A DNA stretch of 64,000 nt from Macrostomum lignano (lineage: Eukaryota). Positions within the stretch are counted from its first letter, which is position 1; each line of letters begins with the position of its first letter. Below the pieces are notes generated by a model. The model saw only the letters and a list, made by a program, of their open reading frames with translations, was not told the origin of the DNA and did not search any database. Position numbers and translations under genes: made by a program. Below are positions 47,635 to 59,564 of the stretch, piece after piece. The DNA is taken from contig NIVC01001630.1 in the NCBI GenBank assembly GCA_002269645.1, forward strand, positions 124,001 through 188,000, in the 5' to 3' direction.

Positions 47635-49100
47635 AAGACCTGGATTATGGATTAGAAGCCAAGAATTATTGTACTTGATAAACCAAGGATTATTGCACTG
47701 GATAAGCCAAGGATTATTGCACTCGATAAGCCAAGGATTATTGCACTCGATAAGCCAAGGATTACTGCGCTTGATAAACCAAGGATTATTGCACTTGATA
47801 GGCCAAGGATTACTGCACTTGATAAACCAAGGATTATTGCACTTGCTAAGCCAAGGATTATTGCACTCGATAAGCCAAGGATTACTGCGCTTGATAAACC
47901 AAGGATTATTGCACTTGATAGGCCAAGGATTACTGCACTTGATAAACCAAGGATTATTGCACTTGATAAGCCAAAGATTACTGCGCTTGATAAACCAAGG
48001 ATTATTGCACTTGATAAACCAAGGATTATTGCACTTGATAAGCCAAGGATTATTGCACTCGATAAGCCAAAGATTACTGCGCTTGATAAACCAAGGATTA
48101 TTGCACTTGATAAACCAAGGATTATTGCACTTGATAAGCCAAGGATTATTGCACTCGTTAAGCCAGGGATTACTGCACTTGATAAACCAAGGACTACTGC
48201 GCTTGATAAACAAAGGGTTACTGCACTTGATAAACCAAGGATTACTGCACTAGATTAACCAAGACTTACTGCACTTGATAAACCAAGGATTACTGCACTT
48301 GATAAGCCAAGGATTACTGCACTCGATAAACCAAGGATTATTGCACTTGATAGGCCAAGGATTACTGCACTTGATAAACCAAGCATTATTGCACTTGCTA
48401 AGCCAAGGATTATTGCACTCGATAAGCCAAGGATTACTGCGCTTGATAAACCAAGGATTATTGCACTTGATAGGCCAAGGATTACTGCACTTGATAAACC
48501 AAGGATTATTGCACTTGATAAGCCAAAGATTACTGCGCTTGATAAACCAAGGATTATTGCACTTGATAAACCAAGGATTATTGCACTTGATAAGCCAAGG
48601 ATTATTGCACTCGATAAACCCAGGATTACTGCACTTGATAAACCAAGGACTACTGCGCTTGATAAACAAAGGGTTACTGCACTTGATAAACCAAGGATTA
48701 CTGCACTTGATAAGCCAAGGATTTCTGCACTTGATAAACCAAGGATTACTGCACTTGATAAACCAAGGATTACTGCACTTGATAAACCAAGGATTACTGC
48801 ACTTGATTAACCAAGGATTATTGCACTTGATAAACCAAGGACTACTGCATTGGATAAACCAAGACTTACGGCACTTTATAAACCAAGGATTTCTGCACTT
48901 GATAAACCAAGGATTTCTGCACTTGATAAACCAAGACTTACTGCACTTGATAAACCAAGACTTACTGCACTTGATAAACCAAGGATTACTGCACTTGATA
49001 GACCAGAACTTACTTCACTTGATAAGCCAAGGATTACTGCACTTGATAAACCAATGATTACTGCGCTTGGCAAACAAAGGATTACTGCGCTTGATAAGCT
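47635..49100. repeat. 24-bp minisatellite (GATAAACCAAGGATTATTGCACTT)n inside H3
   Basis: Direct reading. Confidence 0.95.
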
Positions 49101-49159
49101 TGGCTATATGTATGGGATTCTTTCTATCTAGGGATGTTTGCTTTTTATGGATTCTTACT

Positions 49160-49825
49160 AACTGGGTTGATGCTTCTGCAATATTTGGGTGGTGTTTGGT
49201 ATCTGCAGGATGCTTGCTGTCTGGGTGGATGCTTGCTATCTGGGAGATGCTTGCTGTCTGGGTGGATGCTTCTACAATATCTGGGGGGTGCTTGGTATCT
49301 GCAGGATGCTTGCTGTCTGGGTGGATGCTTGCTATCTGGGGGATGCTTGCTGTCTGGGTGGATGCTTGCTATCTGGGGGATGCTTGCTGTCTGGGTGGAT
49401 GCTTCTACAATATTTGGGGGATGCTTGCTATCTAGCTGGATGCTTCTACAATATTTGGGGGATGCTTGTTATCTGCAGATGCTTGCTATTTGGGTGGATG
49501 CTTCTACAATATTTGGGAAATGCTTGCTGTCTGGGTGGATGCTTGCTATCTGCAGATGCTTGCTATCTGGGTGGATGCTTCTACAATATTTGGGGGATGC
49601 TTGCTATCTGGGTGGATGCTTCTACAATATTTGGGGGATGCTTGTTATCTGCAGATGCTTGCTATCTGGGTGGATGATTCTACAATATTTGGGAAATGCT
49701 TGCTGTCTGCAGGATGCTCGCTATCTGGGTGGATGCTTGCTACGAGTATTAGGGGATGCTTGCTATCTGCGGTTGCTTACTTTTGGAGGGGGTGCTTGCT
49801 ATCTGGAGGGATGCTTGCTGTCTTG
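49160..49825. repeat. GGATGCTTGCTATCT-type composite minisatellite inside H3
   Basis: Direct reading. Confidence 0.9.
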
Positions 49826-50546
49826 GGAATATTTTCTATTTAGGGGTAATGTCTGTTATCTTTGTGAAAGTTATATTTTGTTGTATATTTGTTAATTTTA
49901 GAAAAAAATAGATTCATAGCAAATATCATTGTCCGTGACAATTTTACATGAATAAGGTGATTTTTAAAAGTTAAGAAGGAATTGGTGTTTAAGAAAATGT
50001 GCTTTTTTAATTGTTTTCCATTAACTATTTTTGCTCCGTGCTTATTGGGCGCCCCGAAGGGGGGCCGCACTAGATTGCTAGTACAACTTCTAAAAGTCAT
50101 CCGTTACGGATAGTTTTGGCTTTGAATACTTTGGTATATTTTACCAATATACACAGCTAACAGCCAGTTCAACAAAGTCAGTATTTCATTATTGATAGCT
50201 ACTGCAGAAGAATCCAACAGTTAAAAATCCGAAAGCAAACCATATCTAAGAGTTTAATTGGCATCTGTAATTTGCATGTATCTTGATGGTAGCGCTCCGT
50301 AGGATTGGTACACTTTAGCTACTTTATCCCCTCTACTGAAGTTCTGTAGAAGAGCCGAAGACGCCAGAAGATTAATAGACTTATCAAGGACCACTAGAAG
50401 CTACCGTTACGATAAAACGGTAACTTATAGTTGTCCTCGATGATATGGTAAAGACTTCGGTCTGACTCCGATCTGAATCCGATCTGACTCCCATCTGAAT
50501 CCCATCTGAATCCCGGCAGAATTTGAATTTCCGCGTTGCCAGCTCC

Positions 50547-50877
50547 TTACGGGCAGGTGTCGTTTACCAATTTCAATGCTCTGGCGACCAGAGTATCACC
50601 TACATAGGTGAAAGTACCTGACACCTGTACGTGAGAAGTAGAGAACATAGGAAAAAGATGTCGGCCGTGCACGACCACCTGATGATATGCAAAGAATGCT
50701 GTGACAGCCAAATAGACAAAAACTTTTCCACCATCCATACGTGCTCAAATGAGTACAGACTAAAAGTGCTTGAGGCCCTGTATATAAAATCGCGTAAACC
50801 AATCCTAAATAAGCAACTTGCCAATCACGGTGCCAGTGCCCTCCTTAGATTATTCTAGGTGTACACTTGTGCTCATC

Positions 50878-50930
<53 letters not shown>

Positions 50931-51110
50931 ATTGCAACTCTTTGAGTGCTCCGTCGGACTGTGCAATCTACTGTTAATTTATATACATTTCTGACTTTTA
51001 TCGACCCGTTCTTAGTCTTAACTGTTAAATATACACGAATAAATAAATCGTTACTAATTTTAAGAGTCTGACGATGCCTGACGCGAGGCGAAACATGTCG
51101 CAAAACAAAA
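50547..51110 (+). mobile_element. Penelope-like retroelement 3' relic (GIY-YIG endonuclease, 50547-50858)
   Basis: LRAGVVYQFQC..TYIGEST*HLYVRSREH..LEALYIKSRKPILNKQ, with one CGA>TGA-type stop. The 3' region has (CT)n and CTGACGATG..CGAAAC, typical of PLE ends. Confidence 0.85.
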
Positions 51111-52518
51111 AATGATAGCGCTCACCTTCTTAATTCTACTTTTTCTCAGACGCGCAACTTTACCACAGATCTGAATCCAGTTTCCTTTCCTTTTTCAGTT
51201 TACTTCAAGGATTATTATTTGTGCAGATCTAGCCTAGTTCCTCCTGCCTAATATTTGCATTTAATTGTTAAAACTGCATGAAGTTCCGAGTGCTTGGTAG
51301 AGAATTTGAGGCAAAAAATAAAGAAAACAATTTTTTTGACAAATAAAAATCAGTTTTGGAAACTTAAAGCATAAAAGTACATACCATTGCTAACAATGCA
51401 TTTGTAAACTCATTGTCATTCACAAATAATGATAGGTGCGAAAATTTCTATACTGATTAATTTACAGAAGAGTGCAGCTTGTTGTACTCCAATCACCATT
51501 TTAGCTATAGCAGCACCCTATCAAAAGATTTTCTTAAAGCGCTCTATACACTTAAATGGCAGACAAAATCTAGTTTAAATGAATTGGAAAGCGGTGGCAG
51601 TTAGACTATAATAAGTCGAGCAATTTAAACAAATCAGATAGCAAAATAGCAGCGACGGGCATGCATGTACGAGTATATAAAGGAGTTCAACGTTGCGTTG
51701 TAAAAAAGATGGCAAAATTATTGTTCATACCAATGACGAAAGATGCAGCAATATTTAGTCACTGCAAAAAGCACATTTCCATATGGAACTTCGAGCAGAG
51801 AATAAATACACGTACGACAAATCAATGATTCGTACGAGATACTTGCTGTCATAATAGACTGAGAGCTGAGATTTCATTTTACAGAATTTTGTTAGTTTAA
51901 GCTAAAAAATTCGTTTCCAGTGAATCGGGAATCCTATAAATTTACTGGTAATCGTCAACAGATACTACTAATAACTCAGGTAGCTCGCGGCGCCACATCT
52001 CAACAAACGCATTTTAGGGGATGAGATAAAATCTTTCCTTTCAACTTGTCTACAGAGTTATCCATTACATATTGCTTCAAAATATTGTTTCTCTCAAACT
52101 CAGAAATCTTTGACTGTAGGATGCTAAGGTAATTAAAATTTCAAAAAAACAGCAGAAAGTACATTACACAGCTGAGCCACTACATTTAGATATTGTTGTC
52201 AGCAAGGAATGAGAACACTTTAAAGTAGAACATGTATGTTCTCAAGCATATATTATCATACTACTGATCTAAAAAGCAACTTAAGAAATGCACAATTCTC
52301 AATCAATAGAATTACATCAAGAAATCACTGACATCAGTATCACATCAAGATTCAATCAAAGTACAACAAACATGTACAATTACATATGTATGTAGATATG
52401 TCACTGAAGATTTTAAGTACTTTTTATGTCGAATTTAAAATACGACAAATTTTTCAAGGCATTTGCGAGATTCGAACAGACAGAAAGCCTAGAAAACCCA
52501 CAACCAGTACAAGGACTG

Positions 52519-52974
52519 TCAAACGTAGCTCTCGTCCAATCGAGAGCACGCCAGAAACGCTTCGGACAATCTCGGCCGAATCAACTGGACAACGTCCCGC
52601 TCTTCCAAATCCTCTGAGCCCACGCTGTCGTGAATCTGCCTCAGGGCGGCCAGCGCTGCCACCAGTACAGCGTCGGAATTGTTGCGCTCCTCCGGACGAC
52701 GACAGAGCTGCGCTAGTCGGTTCGCCCCGGCCAGCTCGACGACTATTTGGGCTGCGGATGCGTCACGAGCGAGACGGCCCAGCGCAATTGCCGCTTTCTG
52801 CTGGAGACGCTCGCAAGCCGATGATTTTACACCACTTGAGGACGAGCTGGCGTATCGGCAGCTGCCCATCGGCGACTCGGACAGGAAGTGTAGCAGCAGC
52901 TCGATGGCGTTGTGGCGCGTCAGGCTTTGGTGACACCACGCATACGCGGCCATGTTGGCGAGAACTGTGGCAAC
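52519..52974 (-). CDS. insc: insc terminal exon
   Basis: Acceptor CTCAAG|GTT, 456 nt including the stop. Confidence 0.92.
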   Translation of the reverse strand, partial: VATVLANMAAYAWCHQSLTRHNAIELLLHFLSESPMGSCRYASSSSSGVKSSACERLQQKAAIALGRLARDASAAQIVVELAGANRLAQLCRRPEERNNSDAVLVAALAALRQIHDSVGSEDLEERDVVQLIRPRLSEAFLACSRLDESYV

Positions 52975-55900
52975 CTTGAGGATCAAGCGACCAATAAAAT
53001 GTTTTTATCAAACATAGTCATGAATTGTTACTTGGAGTAGTTTCAACGAAAATCAAAATTTTATGCTATATATGCTGTCTTGCCTCAACATAGTTTAATT
53101 TCGTCTTCTCACAAAATAAACTTTGTGATGCATTACAGAGCTTTTAGACTAAATCGATACGTTTAATTGGATCGTCACAAGAAAAGCTTTTAAAATGGAT
53201 GCCAATGTGTTACAATTCGTAGCAATTTATAATGATGGAAAACATTTTGCGAATTTCATAGAAGTTCACGCGGGATAAAAAGCAAATTCCAAGAAATGAT
53301 TGAAAGGACAAATTGTTAGGAAATCGACGGTAACGAAAGACATTTGGCCGGTATATGTGCTGGCAGAAAGAAGTGGTCCATTCTTGGCTAGAAAAATATT
53401 GTTTAACTAACCACAAGGGAGTCAAGTGGACTGCAGCTTGGTGGAACCAGAAGCACAGTTTAACCATGGGTGAAGTTCAGATTCACTGTGCGATATTTGT
53501 CACATTCCTTGCGGCAACACCCCAAGTACCTTAAACGCGGCAGTCTGCTAAACCATAGCATATTGCTTTATGATCGAAAAGTTAGATAGGGGCTGCGGCA
53601 TTCTCGGTGGGCGTGTTAGGGGCTCGCGTTTCTCGTTAGTAGACGCGGAAGGAAGTGCATGCAGCCTATAGGATTTTCTATATTCCCCACCTCCCTGATC
53701 TGTCTGCCCAGACTTTGGCTTAGTCCTGGCGCCAGATGGTGCTTCTGTGGGTGGACCGCGGCGACCAAAAGTATTAATCAGGAGACTTGGTGATTTGGGT
53801 ATCACGCAAACAGATGGCAAGGAGGGTTGGTAGCTAAGGCCACAAGGTGGTGGACGGGAGACGAACTATTCATTATGGCTGTTCCCGGGCTCTCGATCCA
53901 CTGCACCAAAGCGTATCTCGAAGCATATTGGTAAATAATGAATCTTGCTTTCCTGTTTCTCTGCCGCTTCTTGTCTGGGGGTTGTATAACCGATGAATGA
54001 AGGGGTTGCAGAAGAATAAGTTTGACGATCCTAGTTAGCTATTTGGCTACTTTTCGACAGATAGCAGAGGCCGAGCGCTGCACGCCCAAGATGACAGGTA
54101 GTTCAGTTGCCAGGCCAATGTTCTGAAGATAGGATGGATGGCCCCACACGGTTTTTGTTGGCCCAGAGACTGGCCTAGCCTAAAGTACAATGTCATCTCC
54201 TGCAAGTAACCAGGCAATTGCCTGCCTGAAATGACTTGCAATAAAGTTCTCTTTTTATTCTATTGTACCTAGCTGAACTGGCCGTAAACTATAATTGCAA
54301 AGTCAACAAACACCAAGAACTTTCAACTTCAAAGATTACCGCGAGAGGTGAAGCACTTCAACCGGCACCAATCCAATTAGTCCTCACCTGATCCTTTGCA
54401 AACAGTGATGCAGCCTTGCTCAGCTGGCAGGCATCAACCAGCGCCCTCACAGTATTGTACTTGAGCATGTACTCAAAACTGGCCGGACTGATGAATGTTA
54501 TATTGGCAATGGCGGCCGATGCCAGCAGGAACACGTCGTGACAGTCGGCCTCTTTGCACAGCACTGCAGAATTGAATAACAACGTGTTCAACATAACGGG
54601 TTTGACGGTTGAAACTGTTCAACAACTGGAAAGTCGAGGCTGCTCTACACTGTTCGTCTTTAGGTAAAAAAACTTACAAGTCAACGACTTGACCAATGAT
54701 TCGGCGTGACTTGTCAAACAGCCCAGCAGATCCTTGCCCTTGCCGAGTATGTAGGGACTTGTGAGCTGGGCTACTACACCTGCTGCCTCTGCCCTGACCA
54801 GCTCTGAGTTCCCCAGTTCGCCCAGAATCCCGCTGACTGTGGCGAGGCCGTTCGACTGGAAAATGTGGGGAACGTTTGAGGAAGACTTGCAAAGACGTGA
54901 AGACAAGTAGTCTATAGATTAAGATAACAGGTCTAGATATAAAGATTACAGGTCTAGATATGAAGATAACAGGTCTAGATATGAAGATAATAGGTCTAGA
55001 TATGAAGATAACAGGTCTAGATATAAGATTTCAGTCTAGATATGACGATAACAGATCTAAATATGAAGATAATAGGTCTAGATATGAAGATTACAGGTTT
55101 AGATACGAAGATAACATGTTTAGATATGAAGAGAACAGGTCTAGATATAAAGATAACAGGTCTAGATATAAAGATAGCATGTCTAGATATAAAGATAGCA
55201 TGTCTAGATATGAAGATTACAGGTCTAGATATGAAGATAAAGGTCTAGATACAACGAAATCTAGTCACACAAGATAAAATGGAGGTCTAACGGTAAGAAC
55301 TGAACTATAACAAAAATATTCAAATCAAATTTGAAACAGAATGGCCTCTTCGATTTCGACGAAAGTTAATCCTAAAACCAAGAAGACTTAGTATGTCTAA
55401 TTTCGCTAATTTTCGATCAGCAATTCCTGATCGAAGAGGCCTGCTATCAGTTTTAACAAATTAAAAATATGCTAATTTGAGGGCCTATCCTTGAAGACTC
55501 CACAAACGACAAACAAATAATCTGATTAGGCAAGCCGGAAACGATGATCCCATGCAGCTCCAATCTATCAAATTGAAATCTACTCAAACCTGATCGAATC
55601 GCCTGATGGACTCTTCAACGCAGCAGACGCAGGACAGCACTCGCAGAGCCAGCGGCCAGAACTTGCGCTGAGTTCGGTCTGAGCACACTTGGAGCACAGT
55701 TTCTACCGCCTCGGCCTGAAGTTGGAGATTGTTTTAGAATACAAAAATGTCAACCTGGATTGGTTTTATTTTTGAGGATTTATTTCCCAGGAACCCGGGC
55801 TTTCTGAACCTTTTGTGTAAGACTAAACGGAAGTATGCCAGATTATTATTAATATTATTATTATTGGTCAAGGACCAATAACACCAATGGTGCTTTGGAA

Positions 55901-58900
55901 CTGGAACTGTGGAGCAAAGGGAGGGAAGGAGCTGCTGAAGTTCGACGCTGAAGCCCTGACCACGCAGATGTCTATGGACGACAACAGTCAGCAAGTCCAC
56001 CAATTGTTCTGCGAGTCCTAAGGTTGGATGGAACCTTGAAGGAGTCACCATGCAATGATCCTGGCAGCCTTCAGGTCGAACATGGTCCAATAAAGTAAGA
56101 TGGCACTCGCTGGCAGATCCCCATGCAATGGAACAATTCTCAAGGAGTGGTTGATATGCCCCTAATAGGCATGCCACACAAAATAAAGTTTCTCAAACCA
56201 TACAGTACGTATAGGGGCTGATAGTATAAATGTACAAAGTGTACTTCTTGGTTCTCCGGGGAGATTTTCGAATCGCAAAAGCCTCAATGCCAATAGTAAG
56301 GCGAAAGACGCCAGACAAGATGCTTCCCCAGGATCGCCCACCCTTCGATGACGACAGAAGAGGAAATGAGGTTTCTCTCTCTCTCCTGGCTCTTCTCCTC
56401 TCCTCTCCAGCCGCCCAAGTTCCCTGCTGACGGCTATTAAAAACCTGGGGGCAGTGATTTCCGATAATAGCCCGGGGTGTGCATCCCCTCCGTACCCTCT
56501 GGCCCGCTGTCCTCAGCTCTGACCCGAGCTCCCAGTCAGTTCAGTCACCTATTAACCGAGGTAGCTCTCACGTAGAAAACTATATACGTGTGAGAGTACA
56601 CTGTGGTGTATGTGAAACAGTCCCAGCCAGCACGATAATTAGCCTTCATAGGTGCTCAAGTATATATCCTATAGGAAAGTGCTGCCTAATGTTACAGGAT
56701 TAGCCAGGGGGCAGGGGGACATGTCCCCCCCAGTAAAAGCTATGAAGGGGACATGCCAATGCCTTCCCGCCCCCCTCCCCACCTTGTGACCCGTTGAGGA
56801 AACCAGTAGTTTTGCTTCAGGGCGCCAAAATGAATGCCTGTGGCGCTAAAATGAGTGCCTGCAGCGCCAAAATGAATGTCTGCGGCGCTAAAATGAGGGC
56901 CTGCGGCGCCAAAATGAATGCCTGTGGCGCCAAAATGAGTGTCTGCGGTGCTAAAATGAGTGCCTGTGGCGCCAAAATGAATGCCTGTGGCGCTAAAATG
57001 AGTGCCTGTGGCGCCAAAATGAGTGCCTGCGGCGCCGAAATGAGTGCCTGCGGCGCCAAACTGAGTGCCTGTGGCGCTAAAATGAGTGCCTGTGGCGCTA
57101 AAATGAGTGTCTGTGGCGCTAAAATGAGTGCCTGTGGCGCTAAAATGAGTGCCTGTGGCGCTAAAATGAGTGCCTGTGGCGCTAAAATGAGTGCCTGTGG
57201 CGCTAAAATGAGTGCCTGTGGCGCTAAAATGAGTGCCTGCGGCGCCAAAATGAATGGCTGCGGCGCCAAAATGAATGCCTGCGGCGCCAAAATGAATGGC
57301 TGCGGCGCTAAAATGAGTGCCTGCGGCGCCAAAATGAATGGCTGCGGCGCTAAAATGAGTGCCTGCGGCGCTAAAATGAGTGCCTGCGGCGCTAAAATGA
57401 GTGCCTGCTGCGCTAAAATGAGTGCCTGCGGTGCCAAAATAAGAGCCTGCAGCGCTAAAATGAGCGCTAGCAGCACCAATTTCAAAATAATCTAAATGCA
57501 GGAAGTTAGTCATGTACATGTAGAATTCTTGGTTTCGCCTCTCCCCACAAGCCTCTGCAGCGGTCTGTATGCATGTACATGAATGGGCTTGAATTAACTT
57601 GAATGCAATGTGAAAATGAACTGCACTAACTACTTACAGGATTGAATGATTCCAGAGTCGAGCTTGTCAAGAGAATATAAAGTATAAACCTCTCTCGAGG
57701 CTCTTCACTATAGCATGAGAACGTTTGGCTTCTTGAAGCTTTGAAGAGAGCTTTAGAAAAGATTGAGTGGCTGCGCCCAGTTCTCACCCCTCTCTCTCTA
57801 TTTCCCGTTTTTTACTCAGCAATCAATTTTATCTGACGGATTTAGAAGCAATAAAAAGCCGCCGTTGAATCTTAGGAAAATCGTTTGAAAAAGAATTTTT
57901 TAATTTCTTCGTCTTTTCAAAGTGTAAATCCGGATTTAATCAAGTCGGATTAACGACAACCGTTTTATAACAAGACGAAAGTTTGAAATAAAAATTATTT
58001 TAATTTAACTTGTCATGGCTAGTGGGACTCAGTCTAATTTTAACTAACGAAGACTAATGTCTATCAGACCTCTATCAGACCTCTATCGGATCTCTATCAG
58101 ATCTCTATCAGACCTCTATCAGACCTCTATCGGATGTCTATCAGATCTCTATCAGATCTCTATCAGACCTCTATCCGACCTCTATCGGATCTCTATCAGA
58201 CCTCTATCAGACCTCTATCGGATGTCTATCAGACCTCTATCAGATCTCTATCAGACCTCTATCCGACCTCTATCGGATCTCTATCAGACCTCTATCAGAC
58301 CTCTATCGGATGTCTTTCAGATCTCTATCAGATCTCTATCAGACCTCTATCCGACCTCTATCGGATCTCTATCAGACCTCTATCAGACCTCTATCCGATC
58401 TCTATCAGACCTCTATCAGACCTCTATCCGATCTATATCAGATCTCTATCAGACCTTTATCCTATCTCTATCAGACCTCTATCAGATCACTATCGGATCT
58501 ATATCAGATCTCTATCAGACCTTTATCCTATCTCTATCAGATCTCTATCAGATCACTATCGGATCTATATCAGATCTCTATCAGACCTTTATCCTATCTC
58601 TATCAGATCTCTATCAGGCCTCTATCAGACCTCTATCAGATCTCTATCCGATCTATATCAGATCTCTATCAGACCTTTATCCTATCTCTATCAGACCTCT
58701 ATCAGATCACTATCGGATCTATATCAGATCTCTATCAGACCTTTATCCTATCTCTATCAGATCTCTATCAGATCACTATCGGATCTATATCAGATCTCTA
58801 TCAGACCTTTATCCTATCTCTATCAGATCTCTATCAGATCACTATCGGATCTATATCAGATCTCTATCAGACCTTTATCCTATCTCTATCAGATCTCTAT

Positions 58901-59460
58901 CAGATCACTATCGGATCTATATCAGATCTCTATCAGACCTTTATCCTATCTCTATCAGATCTCTATCAGATCACTATCGGATCTATATCAGATCTCTATC
59001 AGACCTTTATCCTATCTCTATCAGATCTCTATCAGGCCTCTATCAGACCTCTATCAGATCTCTATCAGATCTTCAGCAGATCTCAATCAGATCTCTATCG
59101 GATTTCTATTAGACCTACATTTATCTATTAGATCTTTTTTAGATTTTTATCAGATTTTATTAGATCTCCTGTGCACCAATTCGATCAATACTTACAGTAT
59201 TTACCACCAACGCCCCCTCTTACTCTCTCACCTTAGCAACAAGGCAGCTGAGCCGTTCGCTCTTCATCGCCAGCCTCAGCAAGTCTCTCAGTGCCGCAGT
59301 GAAATTTGCCCCGGAAGTTTTGCACCGCACAGCGTTGACAACTCGCTCCAGAAGTTGCAGCTCCGCAGCGTCCAGCACCGCAGCGAAGGCCTCGGCTGCC
59401 TCAGCTAGGAGACGCAGCACAGCATCCACCGGTGGCAGGTGACCGTTCATCACCAGGAAT
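52519..59460 (-). CDS. insc: Inscuteable homolog, 5'-incomplete; exons 59460-59232, 55715-55590, 54855-54678, 54563-54388, 52974-52519
   Basis: GT-AG introns with compatible phases (0,0,1,0). Motifs LRVLSCVCCVEE, RAEAAGVVAQLTSP, VFLLASAAIANITF, ACERLQQKAA, RNNSDAVLVAALAALR and the C-terminus SRLDESYV match the INSC armadillo-like region as recalled from vertebrate INSC. Confidence 0.92.
54388..54563 (-). CDS. insc: insc exon
   Basis: TTCTGCAG|TG ... CAG|GTGAGG. Confidence 0.9.
54678..54855 (-). CDS. insc: insc exon
   Basis: TTTTCCAG|TCG ... T|GTAAGT. Confidence 0.9.
54911..55253. repeat. 21-bp minisatellite (TCTAGATATGAAGATAACAGG)n in an insc intron
   Basis: Direct reading. Confidence 0.95.
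55590..55715 (-). CDS. insc: insc exon (absent from the ORF track)
   Basis: CTTCAG|GCC ... CAG|GTTTGA; AEAVETVLQVCSDRTQRKFWPLALRVLSCVCCVEESIRRFDQ. Confidence 0.88.
55842..56177 (-). mobile_element. Non-LTR retrotransposon (CR1/Jockey-like) 3' relic
   Basis: YQPLLENCSIAWGSASECHLTLLDHV resembles the LINE RT C-terminus. An (AAT)n tail lies at 55842-55865. Confidence 0.65.
56821..57470. repeat. 21-bp minisatellite (GGCGCTAAAATGAGTGCCTGT)n
   Basis: Direct reading. Confidence 0.95.
58059..59110. repeat. 11-bp-based minisatellite (TCTATCAGACC/ATC)n with higher-order units
   Basis: Direct reading. Confidence 0.95.
59232..59460 (-). CDS. insc: insc exon
   Basis: CCCCCCAG|ATT ... AAG|GTGAGA; phase 0 into the next exon. 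Confidence 0.8.
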
Positions 59461-59564
59461 CTGGGGGGAGGGGTTTGGAGTTCGAGTTCGAGTCAATTAG
59501 CCATCAGCTTAAAGCTTAAAGGTTAGCTTAAAGTTGCTTCGGTCGGCACATTTATTGGCGCAAC

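Larger units (their letters stand above)
46957..50081 (+). mobile_element. Non-autonomous Helitron-like element H3
   Basis: 5' TCCATATACTAAAAATG; 3' GCCCCGAAGGGGGGC hairpin and CTAG (50078-50081) followed by T. Confidence 0.85.

Noticed and set aside
47626-49895. ORFs of 120-260 aa (LINQGLLH.., GGCLLSG..)
   Set aside because: Stop-free frames of tandem repeats inside Helitron H3.
52386-53011. Plus-strand and alternative-frame ORFs over the insc last exon
   Set aside because: Shadow ORFs of a GC-rich coding exon.
53540-54240. Possible retroelement RT fragment in an insc intron (VCVIPK..YRL)
   Set aside because: Motif spacing is unconvincing; cannot be supported without a database search.
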